Source: the human T2T-CHM13v2.0 reference genome, Homo sapiens. Taken from it: a DNA stretch of 64,000 bases. The notes beneath the pieces were generated by a model. It did no database searches. It saw only the letters and a program-made list of their open reading frames with translations, and had not been told where the DNA came from. Position 1 is the first letter of the stretch, and the number at the start of each line of letters is the position of its first letter. The position numbers were made by a program, and so were the translations under genes. This document shows positions 1 through 12,451 of the stretch, in pieces. The stretch lies in the NCBI RefSeq assembly GCF_009914755.1, contig NC_060933.1. One strand, given 5' to 3'.

Positions 1-150
1 TACAAAAAAGAGGTAAATAGTTGAAGTGAGGAATATACTAATTACCATGATTTGATTATTATACCTTGAATGTATATCAAAATATCATTCTATATTTCCA
101 TAAATATGTGCAATTATTACCTGTCAATTAAAAGTTAAAAAAAAGAAAAA
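1..150 (+). mobile_element. L1 (L1MA/MB-type) 3' end with A-rich tail
   Basis: Typical old L1 3'UTR end: 'tgatttgattattata...tatcaaaatatcat...ataaatatgtgcaattattacctgtcaattaaaa' followed by an A tail. Confidence 0.75.
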
Positions 151-1268
151 TCTCAATTTCATACCTAGAGAATTATATAGCTTAAGTGACATTCTCAAAG
201 GAGCTATGTGTCATAGAATATGTGTTTATTTACTATAAGTTACTATTTAAGCATATACACCCACTAGGCCCTTATATAGATAAGACCCCTTCTTACAGCA
301 AATTGTGTTAGTTTATTTACTAAGAGATACAAATGACAAGGGGATTAGACCCAATCACCTGTGTTTTTCTTTCTCCTGAAAGCATCTCTCTGGTAAAGAG
401 AATTAGTAAGTAGCTTAGCCGCTATAATACCGTCCTCCCACAAGGTATTTAGTAAGGCAGAATTCTTTCTTTTTCAGTTTTTGTTGTCTTTCTCTCTTTC
501 TTTCACAGATAAAGTACTATACAAAAGTTGCCAGCCATATCTATGCCAAGCAGTCCTGTGTATAAGTTACTAAGAGCAGATTTTCTTTCTTTTGTGTGTG
601 TGGAAATTGATCTGAGTGAATCTATGACACTGTAGTGCAAGTAGATATTCAATGCTCTGAGTAAAAAAGTATTGGAAACAAACTTTTTTTTTACTCCTCC
701 TTTAGGGCTTTAAAATGTATTAGTCAAGTTTGCACTCATTATCTTGAAGAAAAAGGGAAAAAGGTCCATTTTTTTTTCTTTTGTAGTATGAATATCTCTG
801 ATGAAATGAGACAATGTCCAAGGGAAGCTGGTATCTTCAAGAAGGTACTCATGATAAGAAGAGTGAGGACGCACACCTTTAACTTAATATGCAGCAGAGA
901 CAAGACTTTTCTTCAAACCCAAGTGCTCTAGCACCATGCATATTTTGAAAATAGTGACTAAGCACATAAAAGTAAAAGAAAAAATTGCATTCATGGACTC
1001 CTACTCTAATGGATGTAAGAGGTGACTCTATCTAAAATAACACTGGGAGAGAGGGCTCTTTCTGCTTCTTCTTTAAATATTGAGCAGCAATGTTAATGTT
1101 CCTTCAAAATTTCTACAGCAAAAAAAAAAAAAGTGGCAGCATAAAGTTGAGCAAACCTTAAATTAGCCAGAGCAGCAGCAGTAGTGGCAGTCTCCCTCCA
1201 TAAGGTATTGGCTAAGGATTGTCCTTTGCATATGTCAGACACTGAAGAACTCCCAGCTTAGAGTGACA

Positions 1269-1659
1269 GGAGGGTCTCTGCATCCAGAAGACGTACTTGA
1301 GACCCAGAACAAGCCACATGGAACAATGAGGATTTGCTGTGAGCATGACCAGGCTGTGGAGAACCAGCAGTGGTAGCTGAGAAGGTAGTAGCTGCAACAG
1401 CATCAGAGGGTAAGGCATGCCCTCTGATACTCCAGGCTGTACCTGCCTTAAGCTTCAGCAGGGTCTGGAGGGTCTCTGCATCCAGAACATATACATGAGA
1501 CCCAGAACAAGCCACATGGAACAATGAGGATTTGCCTTGAGTATGACCAGGCTGTGGAGAACCAGCAGTGATAGTTGAGAGGGTAGTAGCTACAACAGCA
1601 TCAGAGGGCCAGGCACGCCCTCTGATACTCCAGCCTGTACCTGCCTTAAGCTTCAGCAG
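1269..1659. repeat. Tandem duplication, 2 copies, period 198 bp
   Basis: Copies start 'ggagggtctctgcatccagaa' at 1269 and 1467; about 15 mismatches over 193 aligned bp by manual count (~92% identity), no indels. Confidence 0.95.
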
Positions 1660-1785
1660 CAACACTCTATCTTGGTAGCATGTGATCAGCTTTCAGATGG
1701 TAGTGGCCGAATCTCTGAGTCCACAGTGTACAGGCTTGAATTTGACAACAGCTGGACAAGCACTCTGTCTAGGTCTATTGTGGCC

Positions 1786-1855
1786 AAAAAAAAAAAAAAA
1801 AAAAACGAAAGAAAAAGGAAGAAAGAGAAAAAAGGAAGGGAGGGAGGAAGAAAGA
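1786..1855. repeat. Poly(A) plus purine-rich low-complexity tract
   Basis: A20 followed by a GA-rich stretch. Confidence 0.9.
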
Positions 1856-3099
1856 CAGGCCAGCTCTTCAGGATAATGACAGAAGGAAGAACTCTGAGGT
1901 TTTCCTGTAATGGAAAAAGTGCGAGAAATAGCCATAACCTTATCATTTTCTCAGACAGGAACACCATAGACTACACAGTTGTGCAGGTTTTGCAGATAAG
2001 AATAATCCCCATTGATTTGTGCAATATGTCAGCCAAATGCTGATTTGTGAAGCTAATTATATTGGTTATAATCTAGATGTAGAAAGAGAAAACATTGAGT
2101 ATTCTATAATCACATAAGTAGGAATTAACATATTTTGATTCAGCCTAATTTACTATTTGCCTATCTGATTCTCTGGTTTAGCAGAAGTTAACCAAGAAAA
2201 CAGGAAGCCTGACTTGGGCCAGGTGACTTATATTGAAATAGAGAAGACACTCAGTGAAATCATATAACATAATTGCACTTGTTTTGCTACCTTGAAGGAT
2301 AAGTTCCAAAGAACTGTCCTATCTGGTTGGATGGTCAGTGCTTGTCAGTCTGGGTAAGTTCTCTGTGAAGATATTATTATTTTACAAATGAACCCATATT
2401 TACATTCTTACTTTTATAAGCTATTAATTCTTGTACATGTAATAATATTTTAAGGTATTTGTATTTGTTAATATCTTATTAATAAAAATAGTGTTCACTA
2501 TACTAATTGATGGAGTAAAAATATGCTGACTCTGCCATATTCATACTACAGCCTGAGATTCCTAATTGGAGGAGAATAAGACAAGAGAACACCACCGCTT
2601 TCACTACATGAAGCCCTGTCATTTCTTCACATCTTCCTCTTCCCCTTCTCTCCCTGTATGCAAACTTCCTCATCAATATTCCCACCATTAATAAATATTA
2701 ATCTATAAAAATATTAAAATATAATAAAATATGCAGGCAAGCAGAAACACTTTAGAATTCTTCCCCATTTTCTCTAAGGAAATAATTACCTTAAGGCTAA
2801 AAATCTTGATTGCTTTGCGTTCTGCCTCTAGAGTTATTTTACTACTTTGGTTAACTTCGGTTAACTAGGTAATTGTGATAAATTAAATATTGCCAGTAAC
2901 CAGTATTCCTCCTGTGGTCCCTCCGATCTGTGAAATTTATATGAACTGAGACATTAAAAAGAGCTATGCTAGTTCTAGCTCCCCAAATCTGAGCTGGTTG
3001 GCAAATATCTAGAAGTACTGCTTATTATGAATGCCACAGATTCCAGAACAGAGGTCAACAAAACCCTACAATTCTTGCTTTCTAAGTTTATTTTTGGCA

Positions 3100-4022
3100 A
3101 TGTTTTAAACCAGATTCTTAAAAACTTCTCAGTGCAAAACACCAAGAAACGTTAGCCAAAATATAACAAATATTTTTTAAATGTATAACTAAACTCACTA
3201 GGAAGTAAGGATAGTCTCCAGAGGCCAGAATTCAAGAGTAATAGAAATCAGAATGGCAGGCTGATGCTAAAGCTATGGATGCCCGAGGGGAGTGTCTCAA
3301 TTTCAGCAACCAAGAAGTTTAGATTTAAGCGGCTGTGCCTAGAACCTTAGACATGACCTTGAGCCCAAACAAGATAATGTGTGAGAATAGAGCCCACTTA
3401 AAAAGGGCCGCAACTGAGAAGCACTATGCCCTCACTGAAAGGTAGACTGAAAACCATCCATAAGAAAAGGAAACAGTTGACAAGAAAATTTATGCAATCT
3501 GCTAAGAAAAATAAAAGAATTCAGTATTAGAGAATTTTCCAGATGCAAGTCCGGCTTAAATATGCCTGGAAACCTCAACATTGAAAAGTAACGCAAGTTA
3601 ATTCTTGGTTGGCAGTACCTTGAGGGCATCTGGAAGAAACAAATGAAAATTATCTTTACAGAGCCCACCCTAAGTTTAGACCTTTCTTGGTTCCCACAGA
3701 TAAATTTACACCATGGATGAACTTTCAATATGCCAAAATAAACAAGCAAACAAACACAGTAAGAACGAAGCCACCTCAAGTAGGATAAGGAGAAAAATAA
3801 AGATTACAATCACATGTTATGGAAATCCAGATAAAAAATAATCAGCTATAGCATACAAACTACATATATTTTAAATGTTTGGGTAAATATAATAAGTGAT
3901 CAAAACTTGAAAGAGGAATAAAATGTTGAAAATAAAACAAGGTAAATATGGAGAAAATAAAATTGAAATTGTAGAAGTAAAATATGACACATAAAATAAA
4001 ATTCTAATGGATACATTAGATT
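3100..4022 (+). mobile_element. Old L1M 5' region/ORF1 fragment (left part, interrupted by the MER4 provirus)
   Basis: A-rich degenerate L1 5'/ORF1-like sequence that appears to continue after 11005. Confidence 0.55.
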
Positions 4023-4470
4023 TGTGAAAAGAAAATATTTTGGGCCCTCAAAATCACTAAGCTAAAGGGAAAAGTCAAGCTGGGAACTGCTTAGGGCAAA
4101 GGTGCCTTCCATTCTATTCAAAGTCGCCCCTCTGCTCACTGAGATAAATGCATATCTGATTGCGTTCTTTTGAAAGGCTAGTCAGAAACTCAAAAAATGC
4201 AACCATTTTTCTCTCATTTACCTATGACCTGGAAGCCTCCTCTCCACTTTCAGCTGCCCTGCTTTTCCAGACCAGACCGATATTCATCTTACATATGTTG
4301 ATTGATGTCTCATGTCGCCCTAAAATGTATAAAACCATACTGTGCTCTGACCACCTTGGGTCCATATCATCAGGACTTCCTGAGGCTGTGTCACAGGCTC
4401 ACGTCCTCAACCTTGGCAAAATAAACTTTCTAAATTAACTGAGACCTGTCTCAGATTTTTTGGGTTCACA
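4023..4470 (+). mobile_element. 5' LTR (MER4A1-like)
   Basis: 'tgtgaaaagaaaat...aaatcactaagctaaagggaaaagtcaagctgggaactgcttaggg...aaaataaactttctaaattaactgagacctgtctcaga...gggttcaca'; TATA-like 'tgtataaaa' and AATAAA. Confidence 0.9.
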
Positions 4471-4473
4471 TTA

Positions 4474-4491
4474 TGGTAACCACGGAGGAAT
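4474..4491 (+). promoter_or_regulatory. Retroviral primer-binding site, tRNA-Arg(TCG)-like
   Basis: 'tggtaaccacggaggaat' 3 nt after the LTR; matches the recalled complement of the tRNA-Arg(TCG) 3' end (TGGTAACCACGAAGGGAT) with 2 mismatches. Confidence 0.75.
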
Positions 4492-7400
4492 TCTGACCTT
4501 TGACCCTCAGAAGTGCCAAAGGTGCCCCTGACCTTTGACGAATCTCCTCTCGATGCTTGATACCAGCTTGAGTTATCTTTATGGCTGAAACCAATAGGAA
4601 AATTTGCTGAGGCCTGGAAGGACCCCATCCAGAGAATTCCGGATCTCCCCAAGTTTGGTTGAGATCTAAAGGTTATTTTGCTGTACAACTTTTTTTTTTT
4701 TTTTTTTTTTTTGGAGTTTTACCTGCTTCCAACACAAGGAGGGCAAGTTTTTCCTGCTTCCTTAATGATGGAAGGCAGTGACTCCTTTATGGAGTTTGAG
4801 CTTGCCTCCAACAGGAAAGATAAGGATTTTTTTTGTTTTAGGGTTTTTTTGTTTTTTTCAGGCTTCTAAGATGGTAGAGAGCAGTCTTCAACCTGAGACC
4901 CATCCCTAGGTAAGTAAATGAATTGGGGTTTCTCGGCTAAAGTTAAGATTTACAACCAGCTAGTCTTAATTTCTCCTTACCATTAGAGAATTCAGTAATC
5001 ATGTAAGTTGTGCAATCATTTGTTTTGCTTAACTGTTTTTTGTTGTTGATGTTTGTTTCTGTTTTTGTTGTTGTTTTGGTCTTTTTCCCATTGGGTTTGA
5101 TCAATTCTATCTGACTTGATCAAATCCAAAAGACATTCCAAATCATGAGGAACAGGCCTCTGAAGTGGCTAAAGTCGCCCCCCACCCCCCAACCCCACAC
5201 ACACACACAAAAGGTAGTGTTGTGTGGGGAGAAATAGCCAGAAAAAGGAAAAAAAAAAAGAGAAAACATTTTTGACTTTCACTACTAAGGGTTGTTATTT
5301 ACATAACAAGGCCATCTTTTTGCTAGCCAGGCCAAACTGAAAGAGCAATGGCTGTACTTCTGAAATAGCAGCAATTTGTCCTAGCTGAAATATGGTAATA
5401 AGATTTAAAAAGATTTTTTTAAAGGAGCTCAATGGTTAAAAGTCAGCTTAATTAAAAGCTAATATCCAAGACGTGTGTACATATGTGTGCATATGTGTGT
5501 TTTTGTATTTAAAAGGCCTTCATGTTTTTGTTTTTCTCCTAGGATCTTGTTTTTTTGAGCAAAAGTTTTTTTCTTCTCAGTTGACTGAATTCTGTTCTCT
5601 TCATTTACTTCTTCTGTCTCTCCTTTCTCTTACACTCCCTGCTGCATAGGGGACCTAAAATATTTTCTAATAGCCTGGGGTTTCTTAAAGAAAATGGAGA
5701 AGGTGCCAGCCTCCCTTTGAGGAAGAAATCTGTTTTTCCTTATGGAACCCCAAAAATGTAAACAGAAAAGTTTGTCTCAGTTCTTAAACTGCTTACTTTT
5801 GTATTGCATTGTCTGTTTTTCTTTTTTTTTTTAAGTTGACTAAAATAGTTATTGCAACAGAGGTTACTCTTGGGTTTTTAAGGAACAGTTGCTTTAGACA
5901 CTTCAAAATGTCTTTATTTAACAAACATTTTTTAAGTGCACTGTAAAAGTATCATATGGTCTAACATCATAATAATTCTCCATTTTTGGAGAGTTAGGAT
6001 TCATTGTGGGCTCTGCCAGAGATCAGAGATCCAGTTTAAAAGATAGGCAGTCCCTATCTAAATAAGATTGGTCTCCTTATACAATCCTATGAAAGATTTA
6101 TATAATTTTATGTTTGATTTAGAATCCATTCCATCTTTAATCTCCTTTTGGAACCACCAGACTTTTCTCTCTGTACCTTATGATGTAAATTTTGCTATCT
6201 GATTTTCACTGGAGTTGTTAGGAAACAACTGTGTTAATATGGAAATTTAAGGCTATTTAGCTGAGAACTGCCTAGGGTTGTAAAACAGATTATCAAGAAT
6301 CTGAAAGTCTAAGCTAGGAAAAAAAAATGTTTTTATAAATCTACAAGATGTACTTCTATTGGCATGCCTAATATGTCTATCTATATATGTGTTATGTACA
6401 CAATGATTCACTACTGAAAATATAAGAAGAGTTCTAATTAATTAGCTTAAGAAAATAAAAGCATTTGGATCAAAAACTTCATCAGGAAAACAGAAAAGAC
6501 TAGGCAAATGCTTTTTCAAGTTTACATAACTTAAGTAAAATCTTTTATACATAAGCTAACTTTACAATTACTGGTAAAGTAACACTAGAAATGTTTTAAG
6601 AATTGTCAGCATACATTTTTATTTGCATTTATTAATCAAGCAATTTCATACTTATCCCTGCCAAATACTTCAAGGTGTCAAAAGTTGGCATAGGTGTTGC
6701 AAACTGTAAACCTAGCCCAAGACAGAATAATCTTTACCTATGTAATTTTTAATAAATAAGACATTGATATTGGTTTAATAAAAATAGCTACATCTTGAAT
6801 TTGATTACCATAACTTCTAATCTTGTGGCTTCAAGCAGTCTAGTCTACAGGCAGTAAATTTTGTTTTGGGAAAGGATGGTTATCATCTTTGCTTCAAAGC
6901 TAAACTATAAACTAAGTTCCTCCCAAAGTTTCTTCAGCCAATGCCAAAAAAGAACAAAGAGAGCTTGAAGGTTAGAAGCATGATGGAGTCAGTTAGGTCA
7001 AATCTTTTTCATTGTCTTCATTATAATTTTGTAATGGTGGTTCCATAACTTTAAATAATGACAATCACAGTTTTTAAAATAATCGAGGTAAATGATTAAC
7101 ATAAAATAATTAAATAAATAAATACAATAGAATAAATAATCATAGACAAACCCATTATAATTTAGAATCCAAAGTTATATTAAATTATAGATATTACATA
7201 ATTTGGGTATTTTTTAAAAGTATATATTTGTAGGAAAACATTCTATCTAACAAAAAGTATCCTTTTAAAAAAGGTGAACAGTAGTCTAAGTCAAAGCTTG
7301 TTTAAAGGTCATGTGTAACAAGGTAAAAGGAACGAGGAAATAAAAGAGATGTAAAGAAAGTTGTAAGAATAAAGAGTTTTTGGGGTTTTTTTTGTAAGAA

Positions 7401-10400
7401 ATCTTAAAGAGAAATAATTTCATATGAGAAAGAATTGTGTATGGCAAAAGTAGTCCTAGAGTAAAATGATTGGTTGTTTAAAAAAGAAACCAGAAAGTAC
7501 AAGCATGCCATGAATGGTCTGTGTAAGTCACAATAAGCAGATTTATTTAGAAAAAAAACTTGCACATGATCGAGTTGTCTATCATTAAAGGGAAATGATT
7601 AAAGGAAATTATAATGTTCTTTTTAGAGATTGGATTTGATATTAAAAATAAAACACTTACACAGGAAAGAATAGATTAGAACAATGAAGTTTTCTTATGA
7701 GGTTGATTTACTTTTAATTATAGTTTATTAAAATTAAAAGATTTTAATTTTTTTAATCAAACTTCAACTTTTATTGCATCTCACCAGTTTCAGTTTTCTC
7801 TCTCCTTTAAAAAGGTGCAAAATAGTAACATTCCCCTTCAACTCATTTTCAGCTCATATAAGTTTTTTTTTCCTTTTCAGGCTCTGTTTTTTTGTCAGCT
7901 GATGCTAATAATGTTTTATTAAAGCTCTAAAGGAAATGATTTCTTCCAACATAATATTCTGTGTACTGCAGGTCTTTTCTTTTGCATTTTGGTAACTGGC
8001 CTAACAGATTTTACATTTTATCGAAATAATTCCTATGCCATTATTATTAAGTTTGGTTTCTTTAGGAAAAACTGAGATTAATTTTTTTAATTGAGGTTAT
8101 TACAGACTTGTATTCTCCTCTATGTGCTTTTTAAAGTCCTTGTGACATTAAGTTACAGGTCTTTGACTACTGAGTCTAAAAAGAACACTAAGTCCTGCTA
8201 AATCTTAAACACAGACAGCAATTATAGCCTCATCTTCAGGCCCAGTAGAAAATGCTATCAAAATAAACTGCATTCCTGAGACATAGGGCCAGAAATCAAA
8301 GCCGCTCAACTACTCAAGGTGCAGGGACTATCGCAGAAGAGGTGAGCATGTGCGATTGTAAGGGCTGACTTTGAGAGATAAAATAAATTCAGTTTCTCTA
8401 TAAACTAATCATTAATGTCAAAGACACACTGATGCAAGACCAGCATATGGGCCCCTGTTTCAGATTAACAAGGTTTTCTTGAAGCATTAACTAACTCCTT
8501 AATAAAGATTATAAAAGTTGTAAAGGCTTGTGGAAGTTATATCTTATGATCAAGATGAAAATTTTATAGATGCTTTATAAAATTTTGGAAAATAAATTTA
8601 ATAGTCTGCATGCTGCTTTTATTAGGGCTTATTGTTTGCAAAATTAAATCTCTCTCAAAGAATGAAGGTTTTTGCCTTTTTTTAAATCTTTGAGTTATCA
8701 CTTTGGTTAAACGAATGACTTATTTTACAATGACTTGTGATCTAATTTTGTAAAATCAAGTGTTCTAAACCTTTAATATTTGACTAACATTTCAAAATCA
8801 AATTATACATTATGTCTTTTTTGGACCTAATTAATCCTTTAATATATTATTAATAAGCTCCCTAAAGTCTGAAAATGACATATTTGGCTTATTTGGTATA
8901 AAAATTATACAGGAAGCATTGTCAAATATAAAATGGTGTTTGGTTTTCTTCGAACTGTATTTGTATAAATATGTCATTGGTATGTATTCCAAAATTATGA
9001 GAAACTCCTATAATTCTGATGTAACAATGTGTGTTATCAGTAATAATTGTTACGCTAAATTATTGTGGGTCATAGAGGTAACAAATTTGCTTGTCAATTG
9101 TGTCTTTGACTATGCCTACCCCAAAACTTTTTGTCATCCATGGACAATTGTTGTCTTGTTTTAATCCTCTTTAGAAGGTGGTTTTATAATCAGCTGTAAA
9201 CTCTATCAGGTGCTCTTGAATGCAGGTTTCTCATAACTGTGGAGACTATGACATCAGAATAGAGGAAAAACTTTCAGGGTTCCCGGAGAGCTGAAACGTG
9301 AGCTGAAATGTTCATGGATAACAAACAGAACAGGAATTAACCGCATGGACTAAATTAATAAAAGTCTGAAGTAATCTTTTTAACTTTTTTGCTTAAAATG
9401 TTGCTGATTCCTTGTTTCATTTTTCAGAGTCAAGAAAACTTTTAATCTATTTACAGCTTTTAACAAGTGAGTATATTAGTCCTATGAACAAAATTTGATG
9501 CATATTTGTTTCTCTCTACCTGATTTCTACAAAATTTGGAAACTATTTGTGAGTATTCTTAACTTATGACAATACAGTTATTTGCATAAGTGCAATAAGA
9601 ATTTGTTTTCATTTGTAACAGTACACGATTGGAGAAACTGGTTATTCTACCAAGGCTTTGACTGGAATGGTGTGTTTTTCTTTAAGGAATCAAACTTGAC
9701 ATATGGAGCCAATAAAAGCCCCTTGTAAAAAACTGGCTTCATACCTTTGTCTACACAGTCCCTGTACTGTGTTCCTGACCTGTGGTAAATAAGGAGTGAC
9801 ACTTTCTGACAGGCCCAGGAGCCCCTAGTTTATCCTGGAACCTCAAGAAAACAATTAACCCAACTCATAGGTGTTTGATGGTATAAATACATGGCTGAGC
9901 TCAGCTTTTAAAAAGTATTATCTGAGATTCCTTTCATGGAACAAAGTTCCATCAAAGCCAATTTAAAAGCCCATGTAAAAAATAATTATTCTTGCTGCAC
10001 TGTATACAAGTAATGAGGCCAAGTAAAATAAAGCAAACCAGTCCTACCATGATTTGTCTTTAGTAAAAATGGGAAACTGGAAAAAGAAAAATTACGTTTC
10101 AAAAACTATAGTATACCTGTTGTTAAATTCTACTCTTGCCTAATGTTTTTCAATTTTTATTATTTTCTACAGTGTGAACCAGATTCTGATTTTTCTTGGC
10201 TACAAGTCTTCAAAATACTGTTTTCATTTTTTCCCTTCTTTTTACCCCCACTTCTCCTAATTTAGAGTCACTGAAAGCTAAGCTATGCTTTCAGATGGCC
10301 TGCAAACTGAAGCTAGACAACTTAAACTTCAGAAGAAAATAACAGCAACTTATTTACATACGTAAGCCACTTTCATACCTGCCTAATGATACATGGACCT

Positions 10401-10549
10401 CAGAGTAATGTGGCCTATATTGATTTTTCCAGGATTGTTCTTTTGTTTGTTTTTGTTTTTCTCCCTTCCTCCCCCTAGCCATGAAAGATCAGATGAAACC
10501 TGAGACCAGAGACTCATTTTCTTCTAAAATGCTTTCTCCCAAAGATTTT

Positions 10550-10569
10550 AAGAAAGAAAAAGGGGGAAA
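10550..10569 (+). promoter_or_regulatory. Polypurine tract of the provirus
   Basis: 'aagaaagaaaaagggggaaa' immediately before the TG of the 3' LTR. Confidence 0.85.
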
Positions 10570-11005
10570 TGTGGAAAAAAATTCTTGGGCCCCCAAAATC
10601 ACTAAGCTAAAGGAAAAGTCAAGCTGGGAACTGCTTAGGACAAATCTGCCTCCCATTCTACTCAGTCACCCCTCTGCTCACTGAGATAAATGCATATCTC
10701 CTTTGGAGAGGGTAATCAGAAACTCAAAAGAATGCAGTCATTTGTTTCTTATCTACCTATGACCTGGAAGCCCTTTTCCTGCTTTCAGCTGTCCCACCTT
10801 TCCAGACTGGACCAATGTTCATCTTACATATGGTGATTGATGTCTCATGTTTCCCTAAAATGTATAAAACAAAACTGTGTTCTGACCACCTTGGGCACAT
10901 GTTTTCAGGACCTCCTGAGGCTGTGTCACGGGCACATGTCCTCAGCCTTGGCAAAATAAACCTTCTAAATTAACTGAGACCTGCCTCAGATTTTTTGGGT
11001 TCCCA
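10570..11005 (+). mobile_element. 3' LTR (MER4A1-like)
   Basis: Collinear with 4023-4470; ends 'gggttccca'. Confidence 0.9.
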
Positions 11006-11870
11006 GAACTGAAAAGCTAAGTACTGGACTCCAATACAGGTCAGAAGAAGTTCACAAACTATGTACCTCCGTGATACAATAAGATGAAAACAATGAAAGA
11101 GACATTAAGGATGAATAAGAAGATCTAACACATACCTAATTGGAATTAAAGAAGAATGCATAGGGAGAAACAATATTAGAAAAGATAGCAGGTGATAATT
11201 TTCCATAATTAATGCAATATATATTAATCTTCAGACTCAACTCACATAGCAAATTTTTTATTTTGTTATTGTTTTGTTTGGTATTCTTTTTTAAGATAAG
11301 GTCTTGCTCTATTGCCCAGGCTGAAGTATAGTGGCATGATTAGGGCTAACTGCAGCCTTGACCTCCAAGGCTCAAGCAATCCTCTCACCTCAGCCCCCTC
11401 TCCCACCCCCAGAAGAGGTGGGACTATAGGAGCATGCTACCATGCCCAGCTACTGTTTCTTTTTTAATTTTAGTAGAGACTAAGTCCTGTTATGTTGCCC
11501 AGGCCGGTCTCGAACTCTTGAGCCCAAGCAGTTTTCCTGCCTCGACCTCCAAAAGTGCTGGGATTACAGGCATGAGCCACAGCACCCAGCCTTGCAAATT
11601 TCAAAGGGGATAAATACAAATAAATACATGCAGACTTGAACCCGTAGATCACCAAAGACAAAGAGATTTTAAAATTCACCAAAGAAAATAGACAGACTAC
11701 CAGTAAAATGACACCTCAACAATAATAGAAGGTAAATTTCTATAATCTATGTACATGTAGATCCACGGTGCTCTTTTGAGGTGAGCTCAAAAAATTACAT
11801 TTGTTTTCCTCCAAGGAGGAGTTTCTTGATATAAGAACAATAAAATTTTCCAAGTTAACATAAATAAGTT
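11006..11870 (+). mobile_element. Old L1M ORF1 fragment (continuation; split by AluJ)
   Basis: 'agatctaacacatacctaattggaatt...gataattttccataattaatg...cttcagactcaa' resembles L1 ORF1. Confidence 0.65.
11254..11591 (-). mobile_element. AluJ
   Basis: Reverse Alu dimer with J-type motifs (gcagccttgacctcc, gctcaagcaatcctc); TSD-like 'gcaaattt' on both sides. Confidence 0.9.
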
Positions 11871-11876
11871 TTTGCA

Positions 11877-12451
11877 ATTTTTTTTTTACTATACTTTAAG
11901 TTCTGGGATACATGTGCAGTACGTGTAGGCTAGTTACATAGGTATACATGCGCCATGGTGGTTTGGTGCATCCATCAACCCATCATCTACATTATATATT
12001 TTTCCTGATGCTATCACTCCCCTAGCCCCCCACCCCCCGACAGGCCCCGGTGTGTGATTCCCCTCCCTGTGTCCATCTGTTTTCATTGTTCAACTCCCAG
12101 TTATGAGTGAGAACATTCGGTGTTTGGTTTTCTGTTCCTGGGTTAGTTTGCTGAGAATGACGGATGAGTGAACACCCATTCACAATTGCTACAAAGAGAA
12201 TAAAATACCTAAGAATACAACTTACAAGGGATGTGAAGGACCTCTTCAAGGAGAACTACAAACCACTGCTCAAGGAAATAAGAGAGGACACAAACAAATG
12301 GAAGAACATTCTATGCTCATGGATAGGAAGAATCAATATCGTGAAAATGGCCATACTGCCCAAAGTAATTTATAGATTCAATGCTATCCCATCAAACTAT
12401 CATTGACTGTCTTCACAGAATTATAAAAAACTACTTTAAATTTCATATGGA
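11877..12451 (-). mobile_element. L1PA (PA6-PA8-like), 5'-inverted insertion
   Basis: 3'UTR and poly(T) on minus (11877-12160) joined to a plus-strand ORF2 piece (12164-12451, [16 protein letters not shown]...[15 protein letters not shown]). Confidence 0.9.

Larger units (their letters stand above)
4023..11005 (+). mobile_element. Full-length ERV1 MER4-group provirus (MER4A1-like LTR, MER4-int, LTR), non-coding
   Basis: Two homologous LTRs with TG...CA ends, PBS after the 5' LTR, polypurine tract before the 3' LTR; ~6.1 kb AT-rich internal region with no gag/pol ORF in the track. Confidence 0.9.

Noticed and set aside
1258-1665. 135-aa ORF as a WD40-like or other real CDS
   Set aside because: Only superficial motif resemblance; GTG start; inter-copy changes almost all non-synonymous; no recognisable family
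1672-2043. Lys/Arg-rich 123-aa ORF
   Set aside because: Produced by the poly(A) and GA-rich low-complexity tract
2848-2867. 8-bp stem with a c(TTCG)g tetraloop
   Set aside because: Too short, explained by a tandem 'ggttaact' repeat, and no surrounding RNA-gene context
12164-12406. ORF with reverse-transcriptase-region similarity
   Set aside because: L1 ORF2 fragment, not a host gene
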